Source: an uncultured Candidatus Saccharibacteria bacterium
GTDB taxonomy: Bacteria > Patescibacteriota > JACPGU01
Assembly: GCA_964355795.1 (NCBI GenBank)
Contig: CAYHEQ010000001.1
Coordinates: 9,849-73,848, forward strand
Direction: 5' to 3'
DNA length: 64,000 bases
This document shows, piece by piece, positions 9,544 through 18,791 of the stretch. Position 1 is the stretch's first letter; each line of letters opens with the position of its first letter. Position numbers and translations under genes: made by a program. The notes beneath the pieces are model-generated. The model was not told where the DNA came from, did not search any database, and was given only the letters and a program-made list of their open reading frames with translations.

Positions 9544-12500
9544 CTACACCGCGCTATCGTCGCAATACCGACTATACGGGCATTGCTCGCAGGTCATCTG
9601 GTCGGGTGTGGCGGTAAAAGCTTGGGCTCTAATTCCCTCGGCCGCTTTTTTGATATTTTCTTTGGTTTTGGCAATAGTCTTCTCGTCCGGTGTGGCCTTG
9701 CCCAAAATCCCTGATTCTAGGAAAAATAGGCCCACTTCATCTGGCATCTTACCATCATTTTCTTCCACCGCCAGCGCGTAAATAGCCAACTGAATGCTTT
9801 CTTTGGCTCTCCTCTCCGCCTTTTCTTCGCTGTCGATACTGGAAGTTTTGAAGTCGATGATGCGAATTTTCCCCTCCTCCGGCTCTTCCAAGATGTCAAT
9901 CCGTCCCTCAATAATAATATCGTCCAGTGTGAAAGTAAATTTTTTCTCCACTTCCTTGACATTAAAAATCTTGGAATAAGAGTGGACAAATTTCTTAATC
10001 ACCTCAATTCCTTGGTCAAATCTCTGCTTCTCATGCTCGGCGGAAAGAAATCCTTCCGAGCTCCAATTGTCGCGGTAAATATTCAACAATTCTTCCAGTG
10101 TCAAATCGCCTGAAAGTTCCCGAGGTCGCACCTCCGTCCGCTTCGCTCCCCGAGGAACGACCTCTTGAGCTATTTGGTCATTATAATTTGTTTGTAATTT
10201 GTAATTTGTAATTTGTAATTTTCTTTTATAATATTCTTCAATCACCTTGTGCACAGCTCGCCCAAAAATCACCCTTGGGTCGGTCATCAGCCGAATCGGC
10301 GTGATGTGGATATATTTGTATTTCCGCGGACAAGTCAGATAATCATCCACTTCCGCTCTTGACAGACGTAGCTTCCCTTCGCACATCTTGAGGCGAGTGG
10401 AATAAAGTGGCTCGGCTTGAGGCTGGTGTTGCTGGATGCGCTCAATCGGGGAAAAAGTAATCATCTCGGGCGCCACCTTACCCTGCCCCACCGCTTCCGC
10501 TACAAAACGCGAGACTTTTGTGGTTCTTTTGCCACCGTAATCTCGTCCAGCGGAGAGATACAATTTTTTCTTGGCGCGCGTCATTCCAACATAAAAAAGT
10601 CGGCGCTCTTCTTGAACATGGACATCACCCTCGGGTAATTTTTCTTTAATCAATTCTACTGGCACCTCAAAAGTATTACTGCGGTTCGCCCCCGGAAAAC
10701 GCGAGTCAATCAATCCCGCCATAAAAACATAATCAAATTCCAGCCCCTTGGCGGCGTGAAAAGTCAGCACTCGTACCGCGTCAAAATTGGGGTCGTCAGA
10801 GGACTCTTTCGCATCCTCCCCTACTTCCAATAGAACATCAAGGTATTCCATAAATTTCTGCAATCCCGTGTCCAAATTAGCGTCTTGAAAGCCCCGAATA
10901 CGGTCAAAAAATGAGGCAATAGAAATAATCTTTTCGGCATCAGCGATACTCCCCTCTTTTTCCCGTGAAGAAAGCATTTTCAGGTAATCACTCTCTTGCA
11001 AGAATTCGTAAAGAATCTCGCCTGTATTCTTACCGACACTCTCGCGCCGAAACTTCGTCAAAAGATCTAATGCTTTTTCTATTTTTCCGCGTTCTTCTGC
11101 GTTAATTTCCGCGACTTTTCCGCGCAAATACTCTTCAAGTGGAATGTTGGTAGAGCGCACTTTGTGGAGGATTACGCTCAAACCATCATAACCCACCCCC
11201 ACTACTTCACTGGTCAGCAAATTAAACAGAGCCAAATTGTCGGTCGGATTGGAGAGAATAGAGAGAAAAGAAATGAGTATCTTAATAACCTGTTTACGGA
11301 AAAGCCCCTCCGCGCCAGAAAAGGTGAAGGGAATTTTGTGCGCCGAAAGAGCATTGGTGAAAGCTAAAGCATTCTTGTTGCCTCGCACGAGAATGGCAAA
11401 ATCAGAATAATTATTTTCTTGTTTTTTTAATTTTTTAATTTCTTCGGCGACAGAGGCTGCTTCTTCTTGTTCTGAATCCTTGTAAATAAATTCCGGCTCA
11501 CTCCCCTGCTCGGTGGCAGAAATTAATTTTTTATCAATCTTGTATTTCGTCTCCAGCCGTTCTTCATTATTTTTTATGAGGCGGTAACTCGCATCCAAAA
11601 TTGCCTGGGTCGAGCGATAATTTTCCTTTAAGACAATTTGCTTCACATTGGGGTACTGCTCCGTAAAGGCCATAATGTTGGACACCGACGCCCCGCGAAA
11701 TTTGTAAATAGACTGATCGTCATCACCAACGACGGTAACCACTGGGCATGGCAGATTGCAGATTTCAGATTGCAGATTGTTTTGAATTTCGGATTTTGGA
11801 TTTTTGATTTGTTTGGGATTTTGGATTTGAGATTTGAGATTTGCTATAGTCAAAATCTTTAGAAGTTCGTTTTGACTATAGTTGGTGTCTTGGAATTCGT
11901 CAACTAAAATATATTTGTAGGTTTGGCGTAATCTGGCGAGAAGAGAAGGTTTTTCCTGCAAAGCCTTCAACATGTATAATAAGGTATCGCCAAAATCCAG
12001 TCGATCAGAGGCAATCATCATTTTTTGATAAGTCGCATACGCTCGCGCCAGCTCCAAATGCTTTTCTGCTTCCTCTTTTTCCGCCTCGATTTGCGCTTTG
12101 TCTGCGCTGGTCTGCGCGAAGTCAGTGTAGGTCTGCGGTTCTATCACCTCGTCTTTGAGGCGTGAAAAATATTTGAGCATATCGGCAATAAATTTCGTCG
12201 GGTCAGAAAGAGGGCGGAAAATTTTCAAATCAAAATCAAAAATCCTTTCGCGAACGAAAAGAATTTGTTGGATATCAGAGAGCACTTTGAAATTGGTGGA
12301 AAAGCCGAGATAGTAAGCGTTTTCTTGCAAAAATTCTTCAGCAAACGAGTGGAAAGTTTTGATTTTCACATCATTGTAACCATAAGGCGCGATGATATCC
12401 ACGCGCTCCTCCATTTCGTAAGCGGCTTTTTTGGTAAAGGTGAGAGCGAGAATTTCCGAGGGCTTTGCTAATTTTTCCGCAATCAAATAGGCTATTTTTT

Positions 12501-12621
12501 TCGTAATGACCGCGGTCTTTCCAGTCCCCGCGCCGGCCACGATTAAAAGAGGTCCGTCATTATATTTGACGGCCTCTCTTTGCTCGGAATTGAGCCCCTC
12601 CAATATTTCATCAGCTTGCAT
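9544..12621 (-). CDS. UvrD/PcrA-like SF1A helicase fused to a C-terminal PD-(D/E)XK (AddB/Cas4-like) nuclease
   Basis: AGAGTGKT, VDEFQD, GDDDQSIYKFRGA, TFHAAKGLEF, EERRLFYVGMTRAK; GRID..IIDFKT with Cys at CPRKY and CEQCPYSRYC. Confidence 0.92.
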   Translation of the reverse strand: MQADEILEGLNSEQREAVKYNDGPLLIVAGAGTGKTAVITKKIAYLIAEKLAKPSEILALTFTKKAAYEMEERVDIIAPYGYNDVKIKTFHSFAEEFLQENAYYLGFSTNFKVLSDIQQILFVRERIFDFDLKIFRPLSDPTKFIADMLKYFSRLKDEVIEPQTYTDFAQTSADKAQIEAEKEEAEKHLELARAYATYQKMMIASDRLDFGDTLLYMLKALQEKPSLLARLRQTYKYILVDEFQDTNYSQNELLKILTIANLKSQIQNPKQIKNPKSEIQNNLQSEICNLPCPVVTVVGDDDQSIYKFRGASVSNIMAFTEQYPNVKQIVLKENYRSTQAILDASYRLIKNNEERLETKYKIDKKLISATEQGSEPEFIYKDSEQEEAASVAEEIKKLKKQENNYSDFAILVRGNKNALAFTNALSAHKIPFTFSGAEGLFRKQVIKILISFLSILSNPTDNLALFNLLTSEVVGVGYDGLSVILHKVRSTNIPLEEYLRGKVAEINAEERGKIEKALDLLTKFRRESVGKNTGEILYEFLQESDYLKMLSSREKEGSIADAEKIISIASFFDRIRGFQDANLDTGLQKFMEYLDVLLEVGEDAKESSDDPNFDAVRVLTFHAAKGLEFDYVFMAGLIDSRFPGANRSNTFEVPVELIKEKLPEGDVHVQEERRLFYVGMTRAKKKLYLSAGRDYGGKRTTKVSRFVAEAVGQGKVAPEMITFSPIERIQQHQPQAEPLYSTRLKMCEGKLRLSRAEVDDYLTCPRKYKYIHITPIRLMTDPRVIFGRAVHKVIEEYYKRKLQITNYKLQTNYNDQIAQEVVPRGAKRTEVRPRELSGDLTLEELLNIYRDNWSSEGFLSAEHEKQRFDQGIEVIKKFVHSYSKIFNVKEVEKKFTFTLDDIIIEGRIDILEEPEEGKIRIIDFKTSSIDSEEKAERRAKESIQLAIYALAVEENDGKMPDEVGLFFLESGILGKATPDEKTIAKTKENIKKAAEGIRAQAFTATPDQMTCEQCPYSRYCDDSAV

Positions 12622-12692
12622 AGGATCATTTTACCACAAAACAAAGAGGCGCGATACTCGCACTTCCGCACAAAACACTCTAACGAGTCTCC

Positions 12693-13142
12693 CTATTCCG
12701 CTAGTTCAATTTTGGTCACATCCATCAAAGCTCCGTCCCCTTCTACCGTTGGCTGGCTGACACCATAGACCTTCACATTCTTCCCAATATATTTGTCCAA
12801 ATTAACCGCTTTTGATTCCAAAATGACTAACGTAATCCCACCCGCTTCCAGATAATGCGTTCCTTGCTGGTAAATAGATGCCTCCAATTTCCTCACCACT
12901 CCCTCCAAATTACCAGTTTTGCTACCAAAGATATTATCCAGTTGGTTCTGGGCGCTAGATGATTGCCCACCCAAAAGCTCATTATTCAAGTCTCTTTTGG
13001 CCTTGACCTCATCGGCGATGTTATCTCCGGTGCTTTCATCGCGCGGTATTGTTACCAAGGTGCTAACCGAAATGCCCAAAGAAATCACAAAAATTGCGAT
13101 AATTGCGATGAAGATCCATTTTTTGCCAGAGTCATTTCCCAT
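12693..13142 (-). CDS. Hypothetical membrane-anchored protein with OB-fold-like C-terminus
   Basis: TM helix; GTHYL...NLDKYIGKNVKVYG. Confidence 0.65.
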   Translation of the reverse strand: MGNDSGKKWIFIAIIAIFVISLGISVSTLVTIPRDESTGDNIADEVKAKRDLNNELLGGQSSSAQNQLDNIFGSKTGNLEGVVRKLEASIYQQGTHYLEAGGITLVILESKAVNLDKYIGKNVKVYGVSQPTVEGDGALMDVTKIELAE

Positions 13143-13176
13143 AACAATAAATTACTTTTTCTAATTCGAGTCTAAT

Positions 13177-13281
13177 CCGAGGTTCGACCTTAAACAGCTA
13201 ATTCTCAAGGTCGAACCTCTAGGGGTCTGTTATCCGAGGTTCGACCTTAGCTTCTGAACTTCCCCAAGGTCGAACCTCGGA
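13177..13281. repeat. REP-like palindrome doublets GAGGTTCGACCT/AGGTCGAACCTC
   Basis: Two inverted pairs; other copies at 16739-16776, 27103-27192, 28037-28101, 29004-29111, 34708-34741 and a variant at 10121-10163. Confidence 0.85.
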
Positions 13282-13325
13282 TTTAGGACATGTTCCGTTG
13301 TTCAATAGTAAATTACTTTTTCTAA

Positions 13326-13721
13326 TCAATACTTGTCCAATTCCTGATTTACCAAAGCGTCCGCTTCTTTATTTTTTTCTCGCCGAATATGCGTGAAGGT
13401 GATTTTTTCAAAATGGCCTTTCAATACGCAAACCTTGGCAAAAAGTGGCTTCAAACCCTCATCTTTGACCCGATATTGGCCATTTAACTGTTTGACCACC
13501 AATTCGCTGTCAAGAAAACATTTCACTTCCCCTTTCGTTATGGTCAAAAGTTTTTTCAACCCCAAAACTAACCCCTCGTATTCCGCCTGATTGTTGGTAG
13601 TTTTTCCTAAAAAAACTGCTCCATTGGCCACTATCTTTTCGCCCTTTTTTATCACAAAAGCTCCCGCTGCCGGTCCCGGATTCCCTCTTGCCCCTCCGTC
13701 CGTGAATAATTCGTAAATCAT
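13326..13721 (-). CDS. rnhA: Ribonuclease HI
   Basis: FTDGGARGNPGPA, TNNQAEY, DSELVVKQ, NKEADAL. Confidence 0.92.
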   Translation of the reverse strand: MIYELFTDGGARGNPGPAAGAFVIKKGEKIVANGAVFLGKTTNNQAEYEGLVLGLKKLLTITKGEVKCFLDSELVVKQLNGQYRVKDEGLKPLFAKVCVLKGHFEKITFTHIRREKNKEADALVNQELDKY

Positions 13722-13744
13722 AAATCGTGAATCTTAAATCTTTC

Positions 13745-14380
13745 TTAATAGCTTCTACTCGTCGCTGACGATGTGAGGTTGGTTTCTCCGCGCACCATCT
13801 GATTGCCAGAATCTAGATTAGCTCCGCTAGTAGCCTTGATGGCCACTTGAAGCTTTGGTGGCATTGACAAATTAGGGCTACTGGTTACTGAAAAGGAAAA
13901 ATTTTTGATCACCACTTTTTTATTATCATTGAGATCTACGGGGGTTGATGAAGTAAAGCTAGCGCTACCGATAGTTTTGGTTTCCTTGGTCTGTTTTAGT
14001 AGGCCGTCATCGCAAACAGCGGGGTTGGCGCAAACGAGACTAAAGATGTTACGAGAGACTTGACTCGTTTTGAAATCCGTAGAATAAATAACCAGCGCGT
14101 TCCCTTCCTTCTGATAGGCATGGATAGTTCTCGCCCCGCCCTTGGTCGGTAGATTATCGTATTCGCCGTTAGCCGCCTTGGCTTCACGGATTATTGATTC
14201 CAAAACATAACGAGTATCTTGTTGTGTTTTACGCAAAATACTAGCGCGCCTCTCCAAATTGACGGTGCTCACTAGCGCGTCAGTTGAGAGCGTTACAAAA
14301 ATAGCGAAGATGGATATCGCCACCAAAAGCTCGATCAAAGTAAAGCCTTTTTCTTTAGGTTTTAGGTTTTTGTTTTTCAT
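13745..14380 (-). CDS. Type IV minor pilin/pseudopilin (PilW/GspJ-like)
   Basis: G|FTLIELLVAISIF prepilin motif. Confidence 0.85.
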   Translation of the reverse strand: MKNKNLKPKEKGFTLIELLVAISIFAIFVTLSTDALVSTVNLERRASILRKTQQDTRYVLESIIREAKAANGEYDNLPTKGGARTIHAYQKEGNALVIYSTDFKTSQVSRNIFSLVCANPAVCDDGLLKQTKETKTIGSASFTSSTPVDLNDNKKVVIKNFSFSVTSSPNLSMPPKLQVAIKATSGANLDSGNQMVRGETNLTSSATSRSY

Positions 14381-14386
14381 AATATG

Positions 14387-14590
14387 TAAGCGATGCGAAT
14401 GATGCGAATTATCATGCCTGCCCGCAATGCTCTCGCCCGAAGCTTTTCATATCTGTTTATAATTATCGTACGTAATATTTAGGGAGCAAACAATATGGGT
14501 GGGGCGCATAGCGAGGCGGGCGGGCGAATCTACGAATCTTGTGCGAATTTATTCGCGATAATTCGCGTTAATTAGAGAAAATTAGCGACT
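14387..14590. mobile_element. GCGAAT-array palindromic element with nested 108-bp inverted-repeat element (14417-14524)
   Basis: agcgatgcgaat start and attcgc units; nested CCTGCCCGC...GCGGGCGGG element also present at 36204-36310. Confidence 0.75.
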
Positions 14591-15053
14591 AGTATTTGCC
14601 CTTCCAGTCAGTGAAATAAGTCGTTTCAGAAAGTGTCTTCTTCCCTATTTTGTCTGTCCAGCTAACTGTTACTATCACTTTTTTCTTAAAAATAGTCGCG
14701 CCATCATAAATTATTCCGGAGGAAATATCTGTAATGACAATGTCCCTCGTAAAACCGGCCGGCAAAGGCTTCATCAATACGCCATTGAGACTAGCATTAT
14801 CCGTTCCCGCAAACCATTCGGAAGCCGTAGCCACATTATTATCGCGAATATTGCGAATACTTTCCACCGCGTCTTGGATGATATTGTAAGCTACACTCCT
14901 TTTCTGGGCTGTATCCCAACTGCGCACCGCCATTTGCGCCACAAAATGAAGCGACAGCATCACCGTCGTCAGAATAGCAAGACTAACGACGACCTCTATG
15001 AGCGTAAAGCCGTTTTTAGGTTTCAGATTGTAGGTTTTGGGTTGTAGGCTCAT
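14589..15053 (-). CDS. Type IV minor pilin (PilV/GspI-like)
   Basis: G|FTLIEVVVSLAIL; C-terminal KKVIVTVSW...TYFTDWK. Confidence 0.85.
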   Translation of the reverse strand: MSLQPKTYNLKPKNGFTLIEVVVSLAILTTVMLSLHFVAQMAVRSWDTAQKRSVAYNIIQDAVESIRNIRDNNVATASEWFAGTDNASLNGVLMKPLPAGFTRDIVITDISSGIIYDGATIFKKKVIVTVSWTDKIGKKTLSETTYFTDWKGKY

Positions 15054-15055
15054 TT

Positions 15056-15667
15056 TTAGGCTCTGACCACATCCATAGTAATAATATGGGTAGCCGCGTT
15101 AATCGTAATTTTGTAACGAATTTTTGTGTCTGGAGAGCTGATGATAATCTCCGCCTTGTCTCCCGTAATAAGGGAGTTTGTGGCGTCCGACAAAGAGATA
15201 TTCCCCCCCGTCCTATTGCCCACCGCAAAAGAAATCCTTAGGGAATTATAGGAGGTGGAAACCCCATTTTTGTATAATTTAATATCGGCGATAGAAAGTT
15301 TTTTATCCGAAACGAATCTGTCCAAAACTGGGAGCCCTTCGGTCGCTTCAGAGCCTACCATAACTGTTGGGTTACCCAACGAATCGGTGGTGATAGACTC
15401 GTCCTGCACAGAAGAAGTTACGCATGACGCTGGACACAGGCTGATATTGAAAAAATAGGCAGTAGTTTTGGCGCTCCTTGGCGATAAAGATAGCGCTTGT
15501 GCTCCCCAAAGAACGCTTTGGAGATCTTTGGCGGCGTTGCGAACAACAATATGGCTCCTATAAGAGCGCATATTGGGGATAGCGATAGCGGTCAACGAGA
15601 CGATAATGGAAATCACCACTATCGCCTCTATCAAGGTGAAGCCTTTTTGTTTTTTGTTTGTTTGCAT
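15056..15667 (-). CDS. Type IV minor pilin (FimT/GspH-like)
   Basis: G|FTLIEAIVVISII...AAKDLQSVL-AQ. Confidence 0.85.
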   Translation of the reverse strand: MQTNKKQKGFTLIEAIVVISIIVSLTAIAIPNMRSYRSHIVVRNAAKDLQSVLWGAQALSLSPRSAKTTAYFFNISLCPASCVTSSVQDESITTDSLGNPTVMVGSEATEGLPVLDRFVSDKKLSIADIKLYKNGVSTSYNSLRISFAVGNRTGGNISLSDATNSLITGDKAEIIISSPDTKIRYKITINAATHIITMDVVRA

Positions 15668-15685
15668 ACTTTTGCGCTTATTTTT

Positions 15686-15795
15686 TAGCGATGCTAATCT
15701 ACGAATAATATGCGCCTATAGCGAATGTCTATGCAAATAGATTCGCATTCCATTCGTAGATTCGCGCGCATTCGCATTTCATTAGCATCGCGCTA
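15686..15795. repeat. Gene-less GCGAAT-array palindromic element
   Basis: gcgatgctaat...attagcatcgc ends with gcgaat units facing attcgc units. Confidence 0.8.
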
Positions 15796-15798
15796 TCA

Positions 15799-16617
15799 TT
15801 ATACACCCAAATACCATTGAATAATATATTTTCCGAAGAACAAAGCGACGAGAAATCCACAGACCAGAAAAGGCGCAAAAGGGATGATGTCTTGACGCGT
15901 TTTTTTCTTCAGCGCTATCAGAACGAGGCTAAAGACCGAGCCCAAAATAAAGGCCGAAAAAAGCGCGACTAAAATAAGCGGCCATCCTAACAGCAAACCA
16001 ATGAATGTCCCCAATTTCACATCACCCCAACCCATCCATTTTTCTTTTGAAATCAAAACGAGAAGCAGAAAAAATCCCCCGCCAATGATCGGTCCCAAAA
16101 TGAATTGCCCAATATCTGGACTATAGATGAAGAAATTGGCGCCAAAGTCATTATGCAAAACTAGATTTAATAGCCCCAGCAAAAGCAAAAGTAAAATCCC
16201 GGGCAAAACTATTTTGTCCGGGACTAAATAAGTCCTCGCGTCAATGAAAAATATCGCTACCAGCGCCGCCAATCCTAAACCGTAAATGAGAAGAAATATC
16301 GTTAAATTATAGCCGAGGAAAGCTCCGGCGAAACGAAAATAAAGTCCAGCGAAAAGAAGTCCCATGAGCAATTCTAGCGCCGGATAAAGTAGCCCAATTT
16401 TGTTTCGGCAGTGGCGACAACGACCACGAAACGCCAAAAACGCCAAAATCGGCACTAATTCCAGCGCCGTGAGAGTTTGCTTGCATTGGGGACAACGACT
16501 GCGACCGAAAATAATCCCCTCGTCGGTATTAAATCTGGTGATAACCACCGAAAGGAAACTACCGATGATCGTGCCCACCACAAAGTATAAAGCTAGATTG
16601 AAATAGAAGCTGGTCAT
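15799..16617 (-). CDS. pilD: Prepilin peptidase (A24)
   Basis: GSFLSVV, RSRCPQC, CRHC, FIDAR, MGWGDVKL, PFAPFL. Confidence 0.95.
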   Translation of the reverse strand: MTSFYFNLALYFVVGTIIGSFLSVVITRFNTDEGIIFGRSRCPQCKQTLTALELVPILAFLAFRGRCRHCRNKIGLLYPALELLMGLLFAGLYFRFAGAFLGYNLTIFLLIYGLGLAALVAIFFIDARTYLVPDKIVLPGILLLLLLGLLNLVLHNDFGANFFIYSPDIGQFILGPIIGGGFFLLLVLISKEKWMGWGDVKLGTFIGLLLGWPLILVALFSAFILGSVFSLVLIALKKKTRQDIIPFAPFLVCGFLVALFFGKYIIQWYLGV

Positions 16618-16881
16618 AAGATTATTATACAACCAAAAACGTTAGATGTTAATCTTTTATTATTAGGGCTTACGCGTTTGATCTTATCTTTTTTTACCGT
16701 TCAATGTCAGGCGTTCTCTATTGGTTGCTGCGTCTTTTGAGGTTCGACCTCTGGGCATCCTTTGAGGTCGAACCTCTTGGCGGGGAAGGTTAGGCGCGTA
16801 AGTCCTAATTATGCCATAATTTTCAACCGAATACGGCATCCAGAAGGATGCCGTATTCGTTGCGCGCTTTTGAATTTCCTA

Positions 16882-17325
16882 TCAACTGCTGGTGCAAGCG
16901 GCCGCAATAGCAACGTCTTTCCCCCCGCTACCGACAGAATAAGTGGCCGTACCCCCTGTCGGGATATTCTCAAGTGTGGCTACTAAAGCAAAATCTGTGG
17001 CGTTAGCGCAATATTTATAAAACTCTGTGGCGTTTGGCGCTACAATATCTTTCTCCACATATCCAAGCTTTCTTAGAGAAGTCGCTACAGCTGGATCCCA
17101 AATAATAGCCTTGAAAGAACCCGATGCCGCTGGATAAGTCCCCATATCCAAAGAATACTGCAATACTGCCTTAGAAACATAATCCAAATCCGCCTTTCTC
17201 TTCCCGTCTCTGGCCCTAGACCGAGCCGACGAGAAAGAAGCCAAACCAATAGTCGCCAAGATAGCGATAATGGCAATAACTATCAAAAGTTCAATTAAGG
17301 TAAAACCCTTTTCTTTTTTTTGCAT
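16882..17325 (-). CDS. Type IV major pilin / GspG-like protein
   Basis: G|FTLIELLIVIAIIAIL, ARDGKRKADL, C-terminal Cys pair; AGGAG RBS. Confidence 0.88.
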   Translation of the reverse strand: MQKKEKGFTLIELLIVIAIIAILATIGLASFSSARSRARDGKRKADLDYVSKAVLQYSLDMGTYPAASGSFKAIIWDPAVATSLRKLGYVEKDIVAPNATEFYKYCANATDFALVATLENIPTGGTATYSVGSGGKDVAIAAACTSS

Positions 17326-17341
17326 AATTTCTCCTTTACTA

Positions 17342-17393
17342 TTAATTTCTTAATTTCTTAATTTCTTAATTTCTTAATTTCTTAATTTCTTAA
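17342..17393. repeat. Perfect 8-bp tandem repeat (TTAATTTC) x6.5
   Basis: Read directly; lies just upstream of the pilin RBS. Confidence 0.95.
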
Positions 17394-17446
17394 CCCTATC
17401 GTAATACAATAACCTCTCTATGTTAAGGGCCACTTTTCAACAGGCT

Positions 17447-18664
17447 CTAAGTAATAACATTGGAAAGCTGGAATATCGGCATCAATATCGCCAAGACCAA
17501 AAACATTACTCCTAGACCAATAATCAACATAATCATTGGCTCAAGCAATGCCGTTAATCCTTTGATGGCCGTATTCGTTTCATCTTCATAAATGCTAGCT
17601 AATTTCAGCAAAATCTTGTCTAGTTGCCCGGTTTGTTCGCCAACAGCAATCATGGAAGCGACCAGTGGCGGGAAATAATGACTACGAGAGATAGGGACAG
17701 ATAAAGGAACTCCTCTCTCTACCTCGGCGATAGAACCCTTGATCTCTTGCTCTATCAAGATATTGCCAACGGATTCCGAGATCATGCTCAAAGATTTGAT
17801 GATAGGCACCCCGCCCCCCATCAAAAGACCGAGATTTTTGGCGAAGTGAGCCGTATAAATACCGAGATTGATCTTGCCAAAAACAGGAAATTTCAGCGCT
17901 ATCCACCCTATGGTATGTTTGCCCGTGGTAGTCAACATGAAATATCTAATCAACAAAACTGTAACAATGATAATGACAATAGTCAAATACCAATAGCTAA
18001 CGAGGAAGTGGCTCAAAGCGACCATCAGTCGCGTCAATACTGGCAGTTGCGCTCCAGAAGATTTGAAAACATCTTCTAGTTGAGGAATAACATAAACGAT
18101 AGCCACCAGGCCCACAGCGCCGATGGCGCCAATGATGAAGATTGGGTAAATCATCGCCGCCTTGATCTTGGACCGCATCGCGTAATCACCCTCCATCTGG
18201 TCGGCGACATCATTCAACGCTCCGTCCAGCTTGCCAGAGGCCTCTCCGCTCCTAATCATACTAATGAAAACTGGGGAAAAAACATAGGGGAACTGGCCAA
18301 TGGCAAAAGAAAAACTTTTGCCTTGTTCTATCAAAGATATTATTTTGATAATAACCTTAACCAAATTTTTATTAGTTGTTTGCCGAACCAGAGATCTCAA
18401 AGCCTCCATCAGGGGCAGACCAGCGTTAATCATCGTGGCTAACTGTCTGGAGAAAATAGCCTTATCTTTGGCTCTGATACCCGCAAAAATGCTACTAAAA
18501 AAATTGCGCACTCGGTCTTCCGTGGCCAAAAATGGTTTAACGGCCAGCACCGTCAGCTTGTTATAACGCAAAATATCATCCACCGCGTCAATGCTGTCGG
18601 CTTCTACCAAACCTTTGATGACCCTCCCCGATTTGTCTTGCGCTTCGTATTGATATTGATCCAT
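17447..18664 (-). CDS. pilC: Type IV pilus platform protein PilC/GspF
   Basis: FSRQLATMINAGLPL, GEASGKLD, AMIYP, VGEQTGQLD, LLEP. Confidence 0.95.
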   Translation of the reverse strand: MDQYQYEAQDKSGRVIKGLVEADSIDAVDDILRYNKLTVLAVKPFLATEDRVRNFFSSIFAGIRAKDKAIFSRQLATMINAGLPLMEALRSLVRQTTNKNLVKVIIKIISLIEQGKSFSFAIGQFPYVFSPVFISMIRSGEASGKLDGALNDVADQMEGDYAMRSKIKAAMIYPIFIIGAIGAVGLVAIVYVIPQLEDVFKSSGAQLPVLTRLMVALSHFLVSYWYLTIVIIIVTVLLIRYFMLTTTGKHTIGWIALKFPVFGKINLGIYTAHFAKNLGLLMGGGVPIIKSLSMISESVGNILIEQEIKGSIAEVERGVPLSVPISRSHYFPPLVASMIAVGEQTGQLDKILLKLASIYEDETNTAIKGLTALLEPMIMLIIGLGVMFLVLAILMPIFQLSNVIT

Positions 18665-18791
18665 ATATTAGGTAAATCACAAACTACAAACTCCAAATCA
18701 CAAACCAATAATTAACGGCCTAGATTTTTGTTGTTTGAGATTTTTAACTTGAGATTTGTTTGCAATTTGTTATTTGTAATTTGTTATTTTA

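Noticed and set aside
9544-10400. Cas4-like nuclease suggesting a CRISPR adaptation module
   Set aside because: It is the C-terminal domain of a UvrD fusion (AddAB/AdnAB-like repair enzyme)
13177-13281. Possible CRISPR array from repeated palindromes
   Set aside because: Units alternate in orientation, spacers are short and related, copies are dispersed, and there are no cas genes
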